64,000 nucleotides of DNA, taken from assembly GCA_964016885.1 (NCBI GenBank), contig OZ024744.1, positions 16,182,001 through 16,246,000 of the forward strand. The letters run 5' to 3'. This DNA is from Eledone cirrhosa (lineage: Eukaryota). The position numbers were made by a program, and so were the translations under genes. Shown one piece after another: positions 56,168-64,000 of the stretch (the stretch's first letter is position 1; every line of letters starts with the position of its first letter). The notes below the pieces were generated by a model that saw only the letters and a program-made list of their open reading frames with translations, did no database searches and was not told the DNA's origin.

Positions 56168-59100
56168 TTTGAAGAAGGAGAATCTGAAGGAAGTTGGAGA
56201 AAGAGAGTATGAAGGAAGTTGAAGGAGGAGAATATGAAGGAATTTGAAGGAGGAGAATATGAACGAATTTGGAGAAGGAGAGTATGAAGGAAGTTGGAGA
56301 AGGAGAATCTGAAGGAAGTTGGAGAAGGAGAGTATGAAGGAAGTTGAAGGAGAAGAATATGAAGGAAGTTGAAGAAAGAGAATCTGAGGGAAGTTGGAGA
56401 AGGAGAGTATGAAGGAAGTTGAAGAAGAAGAATCTGAAGGAAGTTGGAGAAGGAGAGTATGAAGGAAGTTGGAGAAGGAGAGTATGAAGGAGGTTGGAGA
56501 AGGAGAATATGAAGGAAGTTGGAGAAGGAGAGTATGAAGTAGCTTGGAATTGTAGAGTATGAAGGAAGTTGGAGAAGGATAATATGAAGGAAGTTGGATA
56601 AGGATAATATGAAGGAAGTTGGAGGAGAGTATGAAGGAAGTTGGAGAAAGAGAGTATGAAGGAAGTTGAAGGAGGAGTATATGAACGAAGTTGGAGATGG
56701 AGAATATGAAGAAAGTTGAAGTAGGACAATATGAAGTAAGTTGAAGAAGGAGAATCAGAAGGAAGTTGGAGAAGGAGAATATGAAGGAAGTTGAAGGAGC
56801 AGAATATGAAGGAAGATGGAGAAGGAGAGTATGAAGGAAGTTGGAGAAGGAGAATATGAAGGAATTTGGAGAAGGAGAGTATGAAGGAAGTTGGAGAAGG
56901 AGAATATGAAGGAAGTTGGAGAAGGAGAGTATGAAGGAGCTTGGAATTGTAGAGTATGAAGGAAGTTGGAGAAGGATAATATGAAGGAAGTTGGAGATGC
57001 AGAGTATGAAGGATGTTGGAGAAGGAGAGTTTGAAGGAAGTTGGAGGAGGAGAGTATGAAGGAATTTGGAGAAGGAGAGTATGAAGGAAGTTGGAGAAGG
57101 AGAATATGAAGAAAGTTGAAGGAGGAGAATATGAAGGAAGTTGGAGGAGGAGAGTATGAAGGAAGTTGGAGAAGGAGAGTATGAAGGAGGTTGGAGAAGG
57201 AGAATATGAAGGAAGTTGGAGAAGGAGAGTATGAAGGAGCTTGGAATTGTAGAGTATGAAGGAAGTTGGAGAAGGATAATATGAAGGAAGTTGGAGAAGC
57301 AGAGTATGAAGGATGTTGGAGAATGAGAGTTTGAAGGAAGTTGGAGGAGGAGAGTATGAAGGAAGTTGGAGAAGGAGAATCTGACGCACGTTGGAGAAGG
57401 AGAATATGAAGGAAGTTGGAGAAGGAAAATATGAAGGATGTTGGAGAAGGATAATATGAAAGAAGTTGGAGAAGGAGAGTATGAAGGAAGTTGGAGAAGG
57501 AGAGTATGAAGGAAGTTGGAGAAGGAGATTATGAAGGAAGTTGGAGAAGGAGAGTATGAAGGAAGTTGGAGAAGGAGCGTATGAAGGAAGTTGAAGGAGG
57601 AGAATATGAAGGAAGTTGAAGAAGGAGAATATGAAGGAAGTTGGAGAAGGAGAGTATGAAGGAAGTTGAAGGAAGAAAATATGAAGGAAGTTGGAGGAGG
57701 AGAATATGAAAGGAAGTTGGAGAAGGAAAATATGAAGGATGTTGGAGAAGGATAATATGAAAGAAGTTGGAGAAGGAGAGTATGAAGGAAGTTGTAGAAG
57801 GAGCGTATGAAGGAAGTTGGAGAAGGCGATTATGAAGGAAGTTGGAGAAGGAGAATATGAAGGAAGTTGGAGAAGGAGAGTATGAAGGAAGTTGGAGAAG
57901 GAGAGTATGAAGGAAGTTGGAGAAGGAGAGTATGAAGGAATTTGAAGAAGGAGAATAAGAAGGAAGTTGGAGAAGGAGAGTATGAAGGAAGTTGAAGGAG
58001 GAGAATATGAAGGAATTTGAAGAAGGAGAATCTGAAGGAAGTTGGAGAAAGAGAGTATGAAGGAAGTTGAAGGAGGAGAATATGAAGGAAGTTGAAGAAG
58101 GAGAGTATGAAGGAAGTTGGAGAAGGAGAGTATGAAGGAAGTTGGAGAAGGAGAATATGAAGGAAGTTGAAGGAGGAGAATATGAACGAATTTGGAGAAG
58201 GAGAGTATGAAGGAAGTTGGAGAAGGAGAATCTGAAGGAAGTTGGAGAAGGAGAGTATGAAGGAAGTTGAAGGAGAAGAATATGAAGGAAGTTGAAGAAA
58301 GAGAATCTGAAGGAAGTTGGAGAAGGAGAGTATGAAGGAAGTTGAAGGAGAATCTGAAGGAAGTTGGAGAAGGAGAGTATGAAGGAAGTTGGGGGAGGAG
58401 AATATGAAGGAAGTTGAATGAGGAGAATATGAACGAAGTTGAAGAAGGAGAATATGAAGGAAGTTGAAGGAGGAGAATATGAAGGAAGTTGAAGAAGGAG
58501 AATCAGAAGGAAGTTGGAGAAGGAGAGAATGAAGGAAGTTGAAGAAGGAGAATCTGAAAGAAGTTGGAGAAAAAGAGTATGAAGGAAGTTGGGGAAGAAG
58601 GTATGAAGGAAGTTGGAGAAGAAGAATATGAATTAAGTTGGGGAAGAAGGTATGAAAGAAGTTGGAGAAGGAGAATATGAAGGAAGTTGAAGGAGGAGAA
58701 TATGAAGGAAGTTGAAGAAGGAAAATATGAAAGAAGTTGGAGAAGGAGAGTATGCAGGAAGTTAGAGAAGGAGAGTATGAAGTAAGTTGGAGATGGAGAG
58801 TATGAAGGAAGATGAATAAGGAGAATATCAAGGAAGTTGGAGAAGGAGAGTGTGATTGAAGTTGGAGAAGGAGAGTATGAAGGAAGTTGGAGAAGGAGAA
58901 TATGAAGGAAGTTGGAAAAGGAGAGTATGAAGGAGGTTGGAGGAGGAGAGTATGAAAGAAGTTGGAGATGGAGAATATGAAGGAAGTTGGAGAAGGATAA
59001 TATGAAGGAAGTTGGAGGAGGAGAGTATGAAGGAAGTTGGAGAAGGAGAATCTGACGGACGTTGGAGAAGGAGAGTAGGAAAGAAGTTGAAGAAGGATAA

Positions 59101-62100
59101 TATGAAGGAAGTTGGAAAAGGAGAGTATGAAGGAAGTTGGAGAAAGAGACTATGAAGGAAGTTGGAGAAGGAAAGTATGAAGGAAGTTGGAGAAGGAGAG
59201 TATGAAGGAAGTTGGAGAAGGAGATTATGTAGGAAGTTGGAGAAGGAGAGTATGAAGGAAGTTGGAGAAGGAGCGTATGAAGGAAGTTGGAGAAGTAGAA
59301 TATGAAGGAAGTTGGGGAAGAAGGTATGAAGGAAGTTGGAGAAGGAGAGTCTGAAGGAAGTTGGAGATGGAGAGTATGAAGGAAGTTGGAGATGGAGAGT
59401 ATGAAGGAAGTTGAATAAGGAGAATATCAAGGAAGTTGGAGAAGGAGAGTGTGATTGAAGTTGGAGAAGAAGAGTATGAAGGAAGTTGGAGAAGGAGAAT
59501 ATGAAGGAAGTTGGAAAAGGAGATTATGAAGGAGGTTGGAGGAGGAGAGTATGAAGGAAGTTGGAGATGGAGAATATGAAGGAAGTTGGAGAAGGATTAT
59601 ATGAAGGAAGTTGGAGGAAGAAAATATGAAGGAAGTTGGAGGAGGAGAGTATGAAGGAAGTTGGAGAAGCAGAATATGAAGGAAATTGGAGAAGGAGCGT
59701 ATGAAGGAAGTTGGAGAAAAAGAATATGAAGGAAGTTGTGGAAGAAGGTATGAAGGAAGTTGGAGAAGGAGAGTATGAAGAAAGTTGGAGAAGGAGAGTA
59801 TGAAGGAAGTTGAAGGAAGAAAATATGAAGGAAGTTGGAGGAGGAGAATATGAAGGAATTTGGAGAAGGAGAATATGAAGGAAGTTGGAGAAGGAAAATA
59901 TGAAGGATGTTGGAGAAGGATAATATGAAAGAAGTTGGAGAAGGAGAGTATGAAGGAAGTTGGAGAAGGAGAGTATGAAGGAAGTTGGAGAAGGAGATTA
60001 TGAAGGAAGTTGGAGAAGGAGAGTATGAAGGAAGTTGGAGAAGGAGCGTATGAAGGAAGTTGAAGAAGAAGAATATGAAGGAAGTTGAAGAAGGAGAATA
60101 TGAAGGAAGTTGGAGAAGGAGAGTATGAAGGAAGTTGAATGAAGAAAATATGAAGGAAGTTGGAGGAGAATATGAAGGATGTTGGAGAAGGAAAATATGA
60201 AGGACGTTGGAGAAGGATAATATGAAAGAAGTTGGAGAAGGAGAGTATGAAGGAAGTTGGAGAAGGAGAGTATGAAGGAAGTTGGAGAAGGAGAGTATGA
60301 AGGAAGTTGGAGAAGGAGCGTATGAAGGAAGTTGGAGAAGGAGATTATGAAGGAAATTGGAGAAGGAGAGTATGAAGGAAGTTGGAGAAGGAGCGTATGA
60401 AGGAAGTTGGAGAAGGGGAGTATGAAGGAAGTTGAAGGAAGAAAATATGAAGGGAGTTGGAGGAGGAGAATATGAAGGAATTTGGAGAAGGAAAATATGA
60501 AGGATGTTGGAGAAGGATAATATGAAAGAAGTTGGAGAAGGAGAGTATGAAGAAAGTTGAATAAGGAGAATATGAAGGAAGTTGGAGAAGGAGAGTATGA
60601 AGGAAGTTGGAGAAGGAGAATATGAAGGAAGTTGGGGAAGAAGGTATGAAGGAAGTTGGAGAAGGAGAGTATGAAGGAAGTTGAAGGAGGAGAATATGAA
60701 GGAAGTTGAAGGAGGAGAATATGAACGAATTTGGAGAAGGAGAGTATGAAGGAAGTTGGAGAATGAGAATCTGAAGGAAGTTGGAGAAGGAGAGTATGAA
60801 GGAAGTTGAAGGAGAAGAATATGAAGGAAGTTGAAGAAAGAGAATCTGAAGGAAGTTGGAGAAGGAGAGTATGAAGGAAGTTGAAGAAGGAGAATCGGAA
60901 GGAAGTTGGAGAAGGAGAATATGAAGGAAGTTGGGGGAGGAGAATATGAAGGAAGTTGAAGGAGGAGAATATGAACGAAGTTGAAGAAGGAGAATATGAA
61001 GGAAGTTGAAGGAGGAGAATATGAAGGAAGTTGAAGAAGGAGAATCAGAAGGATGTTGGAGAAGGAGAGAATGAAGGAAGTTGAAGAAGGAGAATCTGTA
61101 AGAAGTTGGAGAAGGAGAGTATGAAGGAAGTTGGAGAAGGAGAATCTGAAGGAAGTTGGAGAAGGAGAGTATGAAGGAAGTTGAAGGTGAAGTATATGAA
61201 GGAAGTTGAAGAAGGAGAATCTGAAGGAAGTTGGAGAAAAAGAGTATGAAGGAAGTTGGGGAAGAAGGTATGAAGGAAGTTGGAGAAGAAGAATATGAAG
61301 GAAGTTGGGGAAGAAGGTATCAAGGAAGTTGGAGAAGAAGAATATGAATGAAGTTGGGGAAGAAGGTATGAAAGAAGTTGGAGAAGGAGAATATGAAGGA
61401 AGTTGAAGGAGGAGAATATGAAGGAAGTTGAAGAAGGAAAATATGAAAGAAGTTGGAGAAGGAGAGTATGCAGGAAGTTGGAGAAGGAGAGTATGAAGGA
61501 AGTTGAAGAAGGAGAATAAGAAGGAAGTTGGAGAAGGAGAGTATGAAGGAAGTTGAAGGAGGAGAATATGAAGGAATTTGAAGAAGGAGAATCTGAAGGA
61601 AGTTGGAGAAAGAGAGTATGAAGGAAGTTGAAGGAGGAGAATATGAAGGAAGTTGAAGAAGGAGAGTATGAAGGAAGTTGGAGAAGGAGAGTATGAAGGA
61701 AGTTGGAGAAGGAGAATATGAAGGAAGTTGGAGAAGGAGAGTATGAAGGAAGTTGAAGGAGAAGAATATGAAGGAAGTTGAAGAAAGAGAATCTGAAGGA
61801 AGTTGGAGAAGGAGAGTATGAAGGAAGTTGAAGGAGAATCTGAAGGAAGTTGGAGAAGGAGAGTATGAAGGAAGTTGGGGGAGGAGAATATGAAGGAAGT
61901 TGAATGAGGAGAATATGAACGAAGTTGAAGAAGGAGAATATGAAGGAAGTTGAAGGAGGAGAATATGAAGGAAGTTGAAGAAGGAGAATCAGAAGGAAGT
62001 TGGAGAAGGAGAGAATGAAGGAAGTTGAAGAAGGAGAATCTGAAAGAAGTTGGAGAAGGAGAGTATGAAGGAAGTTGGAGAAGGAGAATCTGAAGGAAGT

Positions 62101-63550
62101 TGGAGAAAAAGAGTATGAAGGAAGTTGGGGAAGAAGGTATGAAGGAAGTTGGAGAAGAAGAATATGAATTAAGTTGGGGAAGAAGGTATGAAAGAAGTTG
62201 GAGAAGGAGAATATGAAGGAAGTTGAAGGAGGAGAATATGAAGGAAGTTGAAGAAGGAAAATATGAAAGAAGTTGGAGAAGGAGAGTATGCAGGAAGTTA
62301 GAGAAGGAGAGTATGAAGTAAGTTGGAGATGGAGAGTATGAAGGAAGATGAATAAGGAGAATATCAAGGAAGTTGGAGAAGGAGAGTGTGATTGAAGTTG
62401 GAGAAGGAGAGTATGAAGGACGTTGGAGAAGGAGAATATGAAGGAAGTTGGAAAAGGAGAGTATGAAGGAGGTTGGAGGAGGAGAGTATGAAAGAAGTTG
62501 GAGATGGAGAATATGAAGGAAGTTGGAGAAGGATAATATGAAGGAAGTTGGAGGAGGAGAGTATGAAGGAAGTTGGAGAAGGAGAATCTGACGGACGTTG
62601 GAGAAGGAGAGTAGGAAAGAAGTTGGAGAAGGATAATATGAAGGAAGTTGGAAAAGGAGAGTATGAAGGAAGTTGGAGAAAGAGACTATGAAGGAAGTTG
62701 GAGAAGGAAAGTATGAAGGAAGTTGGAGAAGGAGAGTATGAAGGAAGTTGCAGAAGGAGATTATGTAGGAAGTTGGAGAAGGAGAGTATGAAGGAAGTTG
62801 GAGAAGGAGCGTATGAAGGAAGTTGGAGAAGTAGAATATGAAGGAAGTTGGGGAAGAAGGTATGAAGGAAGTTGGAGAAGGAGAGTCTGAAGGAAGTTGG
62901 AGATGGAGAGTATGAAGGAAGTTGGAGATGGAGAGTATGAAGGAAGTTGAATAAGGAGAATATCAAGGAAGTTGGAGAAGGAGAGTGTGATTGAAGTTGG
63001 AGAAGAAGAGTATGAAGGAAGTTGGAGAAGGAGAATATGAAGGAAGTTGGAAAAGGAGATTATGAAGGAGGTTGGAGGAGGAGAGTATGAAGGAAGTTGG
63101 AGATGGAGAATATGAAGGAAGTTGGAGAAGGATAATATGAAGGAAGTTGGAGGAAGAAAATATGAAGGAAGTTGGAGGAGGAGAGTATGAAGGAAGTTGG
63201 AGAAGCAGAATATGAAGGAAATTGGAGAAGGAGCGTATGAAGGAAGTTGGAGAAAAAGAATATGAAGGAAGTTGTGGAAGAAGGTATGAAGGAAGTTGGA
63301 GAAGGAGAGTATGAAGAAAGTTGGAGAAGGAGAGTATGAAGGAAGTTGAAGGAAGAAAATATGAAGGAAGTTGGAGGAGGAGAATATGAAGGAATTTGGA
63401 GAAGGAGAATTTGAAGGAAGTTGGAGAAGGAAAATATGAAGGATGTTGGAGAAGGATAATATGAAAGAAGTTGGAGAAGGAGAGTATGAAGGAAGTTGGA
63501 GAAGGAGAGTATGAAGGAAGTTGGAGAAGGAGATTATGAAGGAAGTTGGA
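50880..63550 (+). repeat. Long-range copy of about 12.3-24.8 kb (offset about 38.5-38.8 kb)
   Basis: ORF pairs 12550/51139, 14499/53063, 14746/53310, 19993/58831 and 24203/62966. Private variants GAAGTAGCTTGG (17901/56540) and GAATGAGAGTTTG (18735/57324) are shared. Confidence 0.85.
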
Positions 63551-64000
63551 GAAGGAGAGTATGAAGGAAGTTGGAGAAGGAGAGTATGAAGGAAGTTGAA
63601 TGAAGAAAATATGAAGGAAGTTGGAGGAGAATATGAAGGATGTTGGAGAAGGAAAATATGAAGGACGTTGGAGAAGGATAATATGAAAGAAGTTGGAGAA
63701 GGAGAGTATGAAGGAAGTTGGAGAAGGAGAGTATGAAGGAAGTTGGAGAAGGAGAGTATGAAGGAAGTTGGAGAAGGAGCGTATGAAGGAAGTTGGAGAA
63801 GGAGATTATGAAGGAAATTGGAGAAGGAGAGTATGAAGGAAGTTGGAGAAGGAGCGTATGAAGGAAGTTGGAGAAGGGGAGTATGAAGGAAGTTGAAGGA
63901 AGAAAATATGAAGGGAGTTGGAGGAGGAGAATATGAAGGAATTTGGAGAAGGAAAATATGAAGGATGTTGGAGAAGGATAATATGAAAGAAGTTGGAGAA

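Larger units (their letters stand above)
1..64000 (+). repeat. 25-bp tandem satellite array, consensus TATGAAGGAAGTTGGAGAAGGAGAG, about 2,560 head-to-tail monomers, running off both window ends
   Basis: The motif ATGAAGGAAGTTG recurs every 25 bp throughout. Common subtypes end in GTTGGAGAAGGAGAG, GTTGGAGAAGGAGAA, GTTGAAGAAGGAGAA or GTTGAAGGAGGAGAA. Occasional 21, 22, 24 and 26 bp monomers occur. No inversion or foreign sequence seen. Confidence 0.99.

Noticed and set aside
316-62966. All listed minus-strand ORFs (up to 1412 aa) as protein-coding genes
   Set aside because: They overlap in different frames with the same peptide, most start at TTG codons set by the repeat, contain no unique domain, and follow directly from a stop-free 25-bp monomer. 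There is no codon-position pattern in the variants.
1-64000. CRISPR array
   Set aside because: No unique spacers. The units abut directly, are not palindromic, and there is no leader or cas gene.
1-64000. Telomerase-made telomeric repeat (some budding yeasts use units of about 25 bp)
   Set aside because: Heavy monomer divergence inherited in multi-kb duplicated blocks over at least 64 kb indicates recombinational amplification, not templated synthesis. The unit matches no telomere motif I know.
1-64000. Rolling-circle reverse-transcriptase concatemer (DRT2/neo-like) or sequencing concatemer artefact
   Set aside because: Such products give near-identical units with independent errors. Here the variants recur in the same order across distant blocks, and no RT gene is present.
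1-64000. Glu/Gly-rich repetitive protein on the + strand
   Set aside because: TGA occurs in nearly every monomer, so each + frame stops about every 75 bp or sooner.
1-64000. Canonical three-tetrad G-quadruplexes, terminators or promoters
   Set aside because: Runs of three or more G are sporadic and isolated. The lack of C prevents GC stem-loops, and nothing supports a promoter.

Overview
The whole 64-kb window is one uninterrupted, single-orientation tandem satellite array of a 25-bp monomer, consensus TATGAAGGAAGTTGGAGAAGGAGAG (about 2,560 copies; 11 G, 10 A, 4 T and no C on the + strand). I found no credible gene, RNA gene, CRISPR array, transposon or unique flanking DNA. The long minus-strand ORFs are a by-product of a monomer that has no stop codon on that strand. 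The informative structure lies in the variant monomers, which act as barcodes. They reveal a layered history of in-register duplications at about 49 bp, 300 bp, 600 bp, 724/849/1119 bp, 2.6-3.6 kb, 6009 bp, 9850 bp and 22.7/38.6 kb, including two nested tandem duplications and two alternating sub-family domains. This looks like eukaryotic heterochromatic (peri)centromeric or subtelomeric satellite DNA, but the organism and function cannot be determined from the sequence. Offsets were read by eye from marker monomers and the ORF track, so most block boundaries are approximate.
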